A stretch of DNA of 64,000 nucleotides from Antedon mediterranea (Eukaryota; Animalia; Echinodermata). Below the pieces are notes generated by a model. It saw only the letters and a program-made list of their open reading frames with translations, made no database searches and was not told the DNA's origin. The stretch lies in NCBI RefSeq assembly GCF_964355755.1, contig NC_092676.1, positions 1,121,788 to 1,185,787 of the forward strand, read 5' to 3'. The translations under genes and the position numbers were made by a program. Each line of letters starts with the position of its first letter. The stretch's first letter is position 1. Positions 24,601 through 46,299 of this stretch are shown here, one piece after another.

Positions 24601-27600
24601 GTCCCGTTTACTCAGCCCTCATCTTTAAAATTTGAGTGTAACTCATTTACGATTTTTAAAATATAGTGAAATTTGAAACTGTATTTGTGAGAAAACGGCG
24701 GATTGTTCCTAAGAGTCACTTGGTGGGATTATACTAGGGTACCTCCTTAGTCGTACAGTATAAGTTAGAGTGGGACCACTGGTACTGTTTACTCAGCCCT
24801 CATCTTTTAAATTTGAGTGTAACTCATTTACGATTAAAAAAATATAGTGAAATTTGATACTGTATTTGTGAGAAAATGGCGGATTGTTCCTGGGAGTCAC
24901 TTGGTGGGATTATACTAGGGTACCTCCTTAGTTGTCCAGTATAAATTAGAGTAGGACCACTGGTCCCGTTTACTCAGCCCTCATCTTTAAAATTTGAGTT
25001 TAACTCATTTATGATCTTTAAAATATAGTGAAATGTGAAACTGTATTTGTGAGAAAACGGCGGATTGTTCCTGAGAGTCACTTGGTGGGATTATACTAGG
25101 GTACCTCCTTAGTTGTCCAGTATAAGTTAGAGTGGGACTACTGGTCCCGTTTACTCAGCCCTCATCTTTAACATTTGAGTGTAACTCAATTACGATTTTA
25201 AAAATATAGTGAAATTAGATACTGTATTTGTGAGAAAACGGCGGATTGTTCCTGGGAGTCACATGGTGGGATTATACTAAGGTACGTCCTTAGTTGTCCA
25301 GTATAAGTTAGAGTGCGACCACTGGTTTCGTTTACTCAGCCCTCATCTTTTAAATTTGAGTGTAACTCAATTACGATAAAAAATTTTAAAATATAGTGAA
25401 AATTGATACTGTATTTGTGAGAAAATGGCGGATTGTTCCTGGGAGTCACTTTGTGGGATTATACTAGGGTACCTCCTTAGTTGTCCAGTAGAAGTTAGAG
25501 TGGGACCACTGGTCCCGTTTACTCAGCCCTCATCTTTAACGTTTGAGTGTAACTCAATTACGATTAATATTTCAAAATATAGTGAAATTTGATACTGTAT
25601 TTGTGAGAAAACGGCGGATTGTTCCTCGGAGTCACATGGTGGGGTTCTACTAGGGTACGTCCTTAGTCGTCCAGTATAAGTTAGAGTGCGACCACTGGTC
25701 CCGTTTACTCAGCCCTCATCTTTTAATTTGAGTGTAACTCAATTACGATAACATTTTTAAAATATAGTGAAAATTGATACTGTATTTATGAGAAAATGGC
25801 GGATTGTTCCTGGGAGTCACTTGGTGGGATTATACTAGGGTACCTCCTCAGTTATCCAGTATAAGTTAGAGTGGGACCACTGGTCCCGTTTACTCAGCCC
25901 TCATCTTTAACGTTTGAGTGTAACTCAATTACGATTAATATTTTAAAATATAGTGAAATTTGATACTGTATTTGTGAGAAAATGGCGGATTGTTCCTGGG
26001 AGTCACTTAGTGGGATTATACTAGGTTACCCCCTTAGTCGTCCAGTATCAGTTAGAGTGGGACCACTGGTCCGGTTTACTCAGCCCTCATCTTTAACGTT
26101 TGAGTGTAACTCAATTACGATTAATATTTTAAAATATAGTGAAATTTGATACTGTATTTGTGAGAAAACGGCGGATTGTTCCTGAGAGTCACTTGGTGGG
26201 ATTATACTACGGTGCCTCCCTAGTCGTCCAGTATAAGTTAGAGTGGGACCACTGGTCCCGTTTACTAAGTCCTCATCTTTTAAATTTGAGTGTAACTCAT
26301 TTACGATTTTAAAAATATAGTGAACTTTGATACTGTATTTGTAAGAAAACGGCGGATTGTTCCTCGGAGTCACATGGTGGGGTTATACTAAGGTACGTCC
26401 TTAGTCGTCCAGTATAAGTTAGAGTGCGACCACTGGTCCCGTTTACTCAGCCCTCATCTTTTAAATTTGAGTGTAACTCAATTACGATAAAATTTTTAAA
26501 ATATAGTGAAATTTGATACTGTATTTGTGAGAAAATGGCGGATTGTTCCTGGGAGTCACTTGGTGGGATTATACTAAGGTACCCTCTTAGTTGTCCAGTA
26601 TAAGTTAGAGTGGGACCACTGGTCCCGTTTACTCAGCCCTCATCTTTAAAATTTGAGTGTAACTCATTTACGATTTTTAAAATATAGTGAAATTTGAAAC
26701 TGTATTTGTGAGAAAACGGCGGATTGTTCCTGAGAGTCACTTGGTGGGATTATACTAGGGTACACCCTTAGTCGTCCAGTATAAGTTAGAGTGGGACCAC
26801 TGGTCCCGTTTACTCAGCCCTCATCTTTAAAATTTGAGTGTAACTCATTTACGATTTTTAAAATATAGTGAAATTTGATACTGTATTTGTGAGAAAACGG
26901 CGTATTGTTCCTGAGAGTCACTTGGTGGGATTATACTAGAGTACCTCTTTAGTCATCCTGTATGAGTTAGAGTGGGACCACTGGTCCCGTTTACTCAGCC
27001 CTCATCTTTAAAATATTAATCGTAATTGAGTTACACTCAAATTTTAAAGATAAGGGCTGAGTAAACGGGACCAGTGGTCCCACTCTAACTTAAACTGGAC
27101 AACTAAGGAGGTACGCTATTATAATCCCACCAAGTGACTCTCGGGAACAATCCGCCATTTTCTCACAAATACAGTATCAAATTTCACTATATTTTAAAAT
27201 ATTAATCGTAATTGAGTTACACTCAAACGTTAAAGATGAGGGCTGAGTAAACGGGACCAGTGGTCCAACTCTAACTTCTACTGGAGAACTAAGGAGGTAC
27301 CCTAGTATAATCCCACCAAGTGACTCCTAGGAACAATCCGCCATTTTCTCACAAATACAGTATCAATTTTCACTATATTTTAAATTTTTTTACCGTAATT
27401 GAGTTACACTCAAATTTAAAAGATGAGGGCTGAGTAAATGGAACCAGTGGTCGCACTCTAACTTATACTGGACGACTAAGGACGTACCTTAGTATAATCC
27501 CACCATGTGACTCCCAGGAACAATCCGCCGTTTTCTCACAAATACAGTATCTAATTTCACTATATTTTTAAAATCGTAAATGAGTTACACTCAAATTTAA

Positions 27601-30600
27601 AAGATGAGGGCTGAGTAAACAAGACAAGTGGTCCCACTCTAACTTATACTGGACGACTAAGGATGCACCCTAGTATAATCCCACCAAGTGACTCTCAGGA
27701 ACAATCCGCCGTTTTCTCACAAATACAGTATCAAATTTCACTATATTTTAAAAATCGTAAATGAGTTACACTCAAATTTAAAAGATGAGGGCTGAGTAAA
27801 CGGGACCAGTGGTCCCACTCTAACTTATACTGGACGACTAAGGGGGTACCCTAGTATAATCCCACCAAGTGACTCTCAGGAACAATCCGCCGTTTTCTCA
27901 CAAATACAGTATCAAATTTCACTATATTTTAAAAATCGTAAATGAGTTACACTCAAATTTTAAAGATGAGGGCTGAGTAAACGGGACCAGTGGTCCCACT
28001 CTAACTTATACTGGACAACTAAAGAGGTACCCTAGTATAATCCCACCAAGTGACTCCCATGAACAATCCGCCATTTTCTCACAAATACAGTATCAAATTT
28101 CACTATATTTTTTAAATCGTAAATGAGTTACATTCATATTTAAAAGATGAGGGCTGAGTAAACGGGACCAGTGGTCCCACTCTAACTTCTACTGGACAAC
28201 TAAGGAGGTACCCTAGTATAATCCCACCAAGTGACTCCCAGGAACAATCCGCCATTTTCTCACAAATACAGTATCAATTTTCACTATATTTTAAATTTTT
28301 TTTACCGTAATTGAGTTACACTCAAATTTAAAAGATGAGGGCTGAGTAAACGGAACCAGTGGTCGCACTCTAACTTATACTGGACGGCTAAGGACGTACC
28401 TTAGTATAATCCCACCATGTGACTCCCAGGAACAATCCGCCGTTTTCTCACAAATACAGTATCTAATTTCACTATATTTTTTAAATCGTAAATGAGTTAC
28501 ATTCATATTTAAAAGATGAAGGCTGAGTAAACGGGACCAGTGGTCCCACTCTAACTTCTACTGGACAACTAAGGAGGTACCCTAGTATAATCCCACCAAG
28601 TGACTCCCAGGAACAATCCGCCATTTTCTCACAAATACAGTATCAATTTTCACTATATTTTAAAATTTTTTTACCGTAATTGAGTTACACTCAAATTTAA
28701 AAGATGAGGACTGAGTAAACGGAACCAGTGGTCGCACTCTAACTTATACTGGACGACTAAGGACGTACCTTAGTATAATCCCACCATGTGACTCCCAGGA
28801 ACAATCCGCCGTTTTCTCACAAATACAGTATCTAATTTCACTATATTTTTAAAATCGTAAATGAGTTACACTCAAATTTAAAAGATGAGGGCTGAGTAAA
28901 CGGGACCAGTGGTCCCACTCTAACTTATACTCGACGACTAAGGATGCACCCTAGTATAATCCCACCAAGTGACTCCCATGAACAATCCGCCATTTTCTCA
29001 CAAATACAGTATCAAATTTCACTATATTTTTTAAATCGTAAATGAGTTACATTCATATTTAAAAGATGAGGGCTGAGTAAACGGGACCAGTGGTCCCACT
29101 CTAACTTCTACTGGACAACTAAGGAGGTACCCTAGTATAATCCCACCAAGTGACTCCCAGGAACAATCCGCCATTTTCTCACAAATACAGTGTCAATTTT
29201 CACTATATTTTAAAATTTTTTTACCGTAATTGAGTTACACTCAAATTTAAAAGATGAGGGCTGAGTAAACGGAACCAGTGGTCGCACTCTAACTTATACT
29301 GGACGGCTAAGGACGTACCTTAGTATAATCTCACCATGTGACTCCCAGGAACAATCCGCCGTTTTCTCACAAATACAGTATCTAATTTCACTATATTTTT
29401 TAAATCGTAAATGAGTTACATTCATATTTAAAAGATGAAGGCTGAGTAAACGGGACCAGTGGTCCCACTCTAACTTCTACTGGACAACTAAGGAGGTACC
29501 CTAGTATAATCCCACCAAGTGACTCCCAGGAACAATCCGCCATTTTCTCACAAATACAGTATCAATTTTCACTATATTTTAAAATTTTTTTACCGTAATT
29601 GAGTTACACTCAAATTTAAAAGATGAGGACTGAGTAAACGGAACCAGTGGTCGCACTCTAACTTATACTGGACGACTAAGGACGTACCTTAGTATAATCC
29701 CACCATGTGACTCCCAGGAACAATCCGCCATTTTCTCACAAATACAGTATCAAATTTCACTATATTTTTTAAATCGTAAATGAGTTACATTCATATTTAA
29801 AAGATGAGGGCTGAGTAAACGGGACCAGTGGTCCCACTCTAACTTCTACTGGACAACTAAGGAGGTACCCTAGTATAATCCCACCAAGTGACTCCTAGGA
29901 ACAATCCGCCATTTTCTCACAAATACAGTATCAATTTTCACTATATTTTAAATTTTTTTACCGTAATTGAGTTACACTCAAATTTAAAAGATGAGGGCTG
30001 AGTAAATGGAACCAGTGGTCGCACTCTAACTTATACTGGACGACTAAGGACGTACCTTAGTATAATCCCACCATGTGACTCCCAGGAACAATCGGCCGTT
30101 TTCTCACAAATACAGTATCTAATTTCACTATATTTTTAAAATCGTAAATGAGTTACACTCAAATTTAAAAGATGAGGGCTGAGTAAACAGGACAAGTGGT
30201 CCCACTCTAACTTATACTGGACGACTAAGGATGCACCCTAGTATAATCCCACCAAGTGACTCTCAGGAACAATCCGCCGTTTTCTCACAAATACAGTATC
30301 AAATTTCACTATATTTTAAAAATCGTAAATGAGTTACACTCAAATTTAAAAGATGAGGGCTGAGTAAACGGGACCAGTGGTCCCACTCTAACTTATACTG
30401 GACGACTAAGGGGGTACCCTAGTATAATCCCACCAAGTGACTCTCAGGAACAATCCGCCGTTTTCTCACAAATACAGTATCAAATTTCACTATATTTTAA
30501 AAATCGTAAATGAGTTACACTCAAATTTTAAAGATGAGGGCTGAGTAAACGGGACCAGTGGTCCCACTCTAACTTATACTGGACAACTAAGGAGGTACCC

Positions 30601-33600
30601 TAGTATAATCCCACCAAGTGACTCCCATGAACAATCCGCCATTTTCTCACAAATACAGTATCAAATTTCACTATATTTTTTAAATCGTAAATGAGTTACA
30701 TTCATATTTAAAAGATGAGGGCTGAGTAAACGGGACCAGTGGTCCCACTCTAACTTCTACTGGACAACTAAGGAGGTACCCTAGTATAATCCCACCAAGT
30801 GACTCCCAGGAACAATCCGCCATTTTCTCACAAATACAGTATCAATTTTCACTATATTTTAAAATTTTTTTACCGTAATTGAGTTACACTCAAATTTAAA
30901 AGATGAGGGCTGAGTAAACGGAACCAATGGTCGCACTCTAACTTATACTTGACGGCTAAGGACGTACCTTAGTATAATCCCACCATGTGACTCCCAGGAA
31001 CAATCCGCCGTTTTCTCACAAATACAGTATCTAATTTCACTATATTTTTTAAATCGTAAATGAGTTACATTCATATTTAAAAGATGAAGGCTGAGTAAAC
31101 GGGACCAGTGGTCCCACTCTAACTTCTACTGGACAACTAAGGAGGTACCCTAGTATAATCCCACCAAGTGACTCCCAGGAACAATCCGCCATTTTCTCAC
31201 AAATACAGTATCAATTTTCACTATATTTTAAATTTTTTTTACCGTAATTGAGTTACACTCAAATTTAAAAGATGAGGACTGAGTAAACGGAACCAGTGGT
31301 CGCACTCTAACTTATACTGGACGACTAAGGACGTACCTTAGTATAATCCCACCATGTGACTCCCAGGAACAATCCGCCGTTTTCTCACAAATACAGTATC
31401 TAATTTCACTATATTTTTAAAATCGTAAATGAGTTACACTCAAATTTAAAAGATGAGGGCTGAGTAAACGGGACCAGTGGTCCCACTCTAACTTATACTC
31501 GACGACTAAGGATGCACCCTAGTATAATCCCACCAAGTGACTCTATGGAACAATCCGCCGTTTTCTCACAAATACAGTTTCAAATTTCACTATATTTTAA
31601 AAATCGTAAATGAGTTACACTCAAATTTAAAAGATGAGGGCTGAGTAAACGGGACCAGTGGTCCCACTCTAACTTATACTGGACGACTAAGGGGGTACCC
31701 TAGTATAATCCTACCAAGTGACTCTCAGGAACAATCCGCTGTTTTCTCACAAATACAGTATCAAATTTCACTATATTTTAAAAATCGTAAATGAGTTACA
31801 CTCAAATTTTAAAGATGAGGGCTGAGTAAACGGGACCAGTGGTCCCACTCTAACTTATACTGGACAACTAAGGAGGTACCCTAGTATAATCCCACCAAGT
31901 GACTCCCAGGAACAATCCGCCATTTTCTCATAAATACAGTATCAAATTTCACTATATTTTTTAAATCGTAAATGAGTTACACTCAAATTTAAAAGGTGAG
32001 GGCTGAGTAAACGGTACCAGTGGTCCCACTCTAACTTATACTGGACGACTAAGGAGGTACCCTAGTATAATCCCACCAAGTGACTCCCAGGAACAATCCG
32101 CTATTTTCTCACGAATACAGTTTCAAATTTAACTATATTTTAAAAATTGTAATTGAGTTACACTCAAATTTTTAAGATGAGGGCTGAGTAAACAGGACCA
32201 GTGGTCGCACTCTAACTTATACTGGACGACTAAGGGGGTACCCTAGTATAATCCCACCAAGTGACTCCCAGGAACAATCCGCCATTTTCTCACAAATACA
32301 GTATCAATTTTCACTATATTTTAAATTTTTTTTACCGTAATTGAGTTACACTCAAATTTAAAAGATGAGGACTGAGTAAACGGAACCAGTGGTCGCACTC
32401 TAACTTATACTGGACGACTAAGGACGTACCTTAGTATAATCCCACCATGTGACTCCCAGGAACAATCCGCCGTTTTCTCACAAATACAGTATCTAATTTC
32501 ACTATATTTTTAAAATCGTAAATGAGTTACACTCAAATTTAAAAGATGAGGGCTGAGTAAACGGGACCAGTGGTCCCACTCTAACTTATACTCGACGACT
32601 AAGGATGCACCCTAGTATAATCCCACCAAGTGACTCTATGGAACAATCCGCCGTTTTCTCACAAATACAGTTTCAAATTTCACTATATTTTAAAAATCGT
32701 AAATGAGTTACACTCAAATTTAAAAGATGAGGGCTGAGTAAACGGGACCAGTGGTCCCACTCTAACTTATACTGGACGACTAAGGGGGTACCCTAGTATA
32801 ATCCTACCAAGTGACTCTCAGGAACAATCCGCTGTTTTCTCACAAATACAGTATCAAATTTCACTATATTTTAAAAATCGTAAATGAGTTACACTCAAAT
32901 TTTAAAGATGAGGGCTGAGTAAACGGGACCAGTGGTCCCACTCTAACTTATACTGGACAACTAAGGAGGTACCCTTGTATAATCCCACCAAGTGACTCCC
33001 AGGAACAATCCGCCATTTTCTCATAAATACAGTATCAAATTTCACTATATTTTTTAAATCGTAAATGAGTTACACTCAAATTTAAAAGGTGAGGGCTGAG
33101 TAAACGGTACCAGTGGTCCCACTCTAACTTATACTGTACGACTAAGGAGGTACCCTAGTATAATCCCACCAAGTGACTCCCAGGAACAATCCGCCATTTT
33201 CTCACGAATACAGTTTCAAATTTAACTATATTTTAAAAATTGTAATTGAGTTACACTCAAATTTTTAAGATGAGGGCTGAGTAAACAGGACCAGTGGTCG
33301 CACTCTAACTTATACTGGACGACTAAGGGGGTACCCTAGTATAATCCCACCAAGTGACTCCCAGGAACAATCCGCCATTTTCTCACAAATACAGTTTCAA
33401 ATTTAACTATATTTTAAAAATCGTAATTGAGTTACACTCAAATTTTAGTGATGAGGGCTGAGTAAACGGGACCAGTGGTCCCACTCTAACTTATACTGGA
33501 CGACTAAGGGGGTACCCTAGTATAATCCCACCAAGTGAATCCCAGGAACAATCCGCCGTTTTTCTCACAAATATTTAATTCCTAATACCATAAAAGCCAT

Positions 33601-33721
33601 AAGTAACAATGAAAATGTAAAGAATGCACAAACGGCGTTTCATAGTTATTGTTGGCTGGAAAAAATAAAAGTGGGCTGGCTTATTGTTGGCTGGCTTATT
33701 GTTGGCTAGCTTGACACAAGC
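18675..33721. mobile_element. Giant foldback element, copy 1 (15.0 kb): satellite-filled inverted arms, no spacer
   Basis: ~148-bp unique TIR starting gcttgtgtcaagctagccaacaataag; ~45 forward monomers, strand switch at ~27007-27014, ~36 reverse monomers; flanks ttaatgtac / caaatgtac (7/9). Confidence 0.9.
18823..33573. repeat. 181-187-bp satellite in head-to-head orientation
   Basis: Monomer gagaaaatggcggattgttcctgggagtcacttggtgggattatactagggtacc...gggaccactggtccc...ttgagtgtaactca...tatagtgaaatttgatactgtatttgt. Confidence 0.97.
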
Positions 33722-33999
33722 CAAATGTACAGCATATACATGTTACAGCAGAGCACCTGCACAAATTCACTCCCAGGCCTCCTAACGCCTGTAAAACTGG
33801 TTTTTCCTGGTTTTATAAATAAACTCTGGCAGGGCCTGATCTGGCAAAATCGACAAAGGTTACGCCTGCTACTACTACTTGATTGAATTCTATTAAAATA
33901 AACGTGTATATATTAATGTACATAACAGGTAATATTGAGGTTTGCTTCTAATCTATAACTTTCAAAAACCAAAATGTATGTATTTACCCCAAAAATAAA

Positions 34000-34235
34000 G
34001 TGAATTCCTTCTCTACTACCTGATCGTCGAAGGATAATCTTTTCTTTAAAGCAAGCGAGCTGAGCAGCCTCTTGGTGGCGTTTGAGCACGTATTCATATT
34101 CATGATTCCATGGTTTGATTGGTTACTACATTTTCGCAAAAGTTATTACACACTGTTCATGTTCCGCCATTTTTCGCGGAAACTTCTGCAGGCTGCGCAA
34201 GATTATTTTTGCACCCTCTTTAAATTTGATTGGTA
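34000..34235. promoter_or_regulatory. Candidate (bidirectional) promoter and non-coding first exon of ATG5
   Basis: Relatively CpG-rich; reverse CCAAT box (gattgg ~34117); YY1-like ccgccatttt (~34164); plus-strand donor ttg|gtaaat (~34232); minus-strand donor CAG|gtagta at 34020/34019. Confidence 0.4.
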
Positions 34236-34715
34236 AATATATGCTGTTACTGTTACCTTTATTACTAATTAAGTTAATGCAATACTGTAGCCAGGATGAT
34301 TGTTGTAGAATCTGGGCTATGTATGGATTCTAGGCCGTATTAAATGCCACTCACTGTGCATGCACTGAACTAAACTGTCCCGTAATATTTGCTTGATTGC
34401 ACGTCCCGGTAATCCCATTATGTAGGCCTAGCTTTATAATTTTTTTATATAAGGTTTGATGAATACAAAAAGTAAACCAATGTTTCATTAGTTTGGTTAG
34501 AGTTAAAGGTTAGTTAGATTAGTCTATAGGATACTAATTTATTATGTATTCCCTTTATTTATACTGGGTGGCGGTGTATTAAAAATAATATCCTTGTTTG
34601 ATTCTTTTTTAATGATATGATGTACCACTAACTGACTGTACTCTCTCTGTATCTGTGTTTATAGTATATGATGATGTGTTCTTTTGTTTATGTTTCTCAG
34701 TGTTACAGTTATATA

Positions 34716-38615
<3,900 letters not shown>

Positions 38616-39989
38616 AAAGTACTGTATTTTTACCTTGGTGTTATCACTCTGAAATTATATGATTAAAAATTGAATAAAATGTAGATACAACCAGGTGTTA
38701 AATTGGGTGTCTAAAACAATTATTACCTAATAAATTTAAAATGGAATAAGGTTCTTAGTAAACTAAAGGTAAGGGGCGAATCGTAAGGTGGTCAGTGGTG
38801 GATCCAGGATTTAGAAATAGGGGTGGGGAAGCATAGCCTAAAACTGGTTAAATGAAGTGGTGCTGAACTGATCCTATTCTTTGTGTTATTGTTTTCTAAA
38901 TTTGGGCTGCCCAGGATACTGATGCGCCATAGGCTATGAAGCTCTGTCTACACTATCAAACTTAATGCGACAAAAAAAGCCATATATGGACACAATGATG
39001 TCGTATCACTACCATATGTGGGCATATCACTACCATATTTGTGCACATCACACTTATTTTGTCAAACTAGTTTAATAGTGTAGACAAAGCTTTATTATTT
39101 AACTATTCATGTTAAAATAGAGATTCTGAAATTGAGGTAAGTTATAGCAAATGGTTGTGCAATTCATTTGGTAATACACTAATGTTGTCAAATAAAAACC
39201 TACTGTGGGATTTTACGCGAATAATTTCTGTCCCTATTTCTCTGGTTTATACAGCACAATACAAAATGGCCGACATACCTAAGTATACTTATCTACAGTA
39301 AACAACTGTAGGTATTTAGTCTAATAGACTGAGATAGTAATCTAGTATGTATTAAGTGATCAAATATATAATTATATGTGCAATAATAGGTACATTGTTA
39401 CAATGTTGATGTAAATCTTCCACTTATTTAATAACACTATTAAATTTCACGTTATACTTTTATATTCATTGTGCCAGGAAAGAGCAAGTTCTGTCAATGG
39501 GGTTTTTCCAGATATACAGTTATTACTATGTCTATTCATATATAATTTAAATGTTATTTTTTCAACAAATTAGTATTATATTTCTTCCCATGAAACAATA
39601 ATAATGGATAACTGTAAACATGATTTAAAGTTCTGTAAACTTGTAAATAAAACTAAAATGATGGTAAAATAAAATAACTTTCACAACAATTGTGATGTGC
39701 TGTTTCATTGTTAAAAATGAGCTGTTGACTTTTAGGGATGTTGGCATACAATTTTCTGCTGAGGCAGTGCTTAGACAAACACAAAAGGATGGCGCTGTTG
39801 ACATGGTCAGTCAGGCATGTATTTGACAGTTTTCCATCGCTGCGATAGTCAATACTTAGAGTGGAGGCTATTGGAATGGCCAATCATGAACTAGGTCGCA
39901 CAGAGAACTAAGTACACAATCGACCATGTCGATAGAAAACTAGAAATTAGATGCACGGTCAACAGTGCTGACAGAAAATAAATTACGGT

Positions 39990-40245
39990 ACACGTGCCCG
40001 TCGCCTTCAAAAAATCTCCTTTCCATTCCGACTAACACTAAAACATATGGCTTAAGCACCTTCACTTCTGCTGCCTCTTGCTTATGGAATTACCTACCCG
40101 CCTCTATTAGATCATGTTCGTCTACTATCGCCTTTAAATCTGCCTTGAAAACTCATCTTTTTCATCAGATTGAGTTCTCTCATACACCGCGCCTTTGATC
40201 ACTTACTGCTGGAATTGTTGCGTTATAAATTTGTATTATTATTAT
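39990..40245 (+). mobile_element. L2/CR1-type LINE 3' end fragment
   Basis: TKTYGLSTFTSAASCLWNYLPASIRSCSSTIAFKSALKTHLF, followed by a short 3' UTR and (att)n tail. Confidence 0.75.
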
Positions 40246-40366
40246 AAAATCAAACAAGGAAGGCAAACAAATTACTCTTTTACAAATTGTAAGTGTGTAT
40301 TAATAATCTCTTTTATTAAATATAGTTCGCAAAATCTCTCCCTAAAGTTGTACGGAAAATGTTTCT

Positions 40367-46098
<5,732 letters not shown>

Positions 46099-46299
46099 AG
46101 TTTGAATGTTTTCTTTATAGAATTAGGCCTATCGTTACTTTCAAGATTTTGTTTTGATTTTGTGTGTTGTGTTTTGTGTGCTGCTAGCTGCATGTCGGTC
46201 GCGTTTTGTGAAACAAAACGCGTTAAGTTTGGACAATTTGTCTGCTGCCCTCAATTTAAGTTGCTTATTAGAATAACAAAACAATACAACGCAAGTGTG

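Noticed and set aside
18675-33721. Palindrome as a fold-back read or assembly artefact
   Set aside because: The arms differ in length and variant order, the flanks are unique with TSD-like duplications, and a second independent copy exists. Exact monomer counts could still be wrong.
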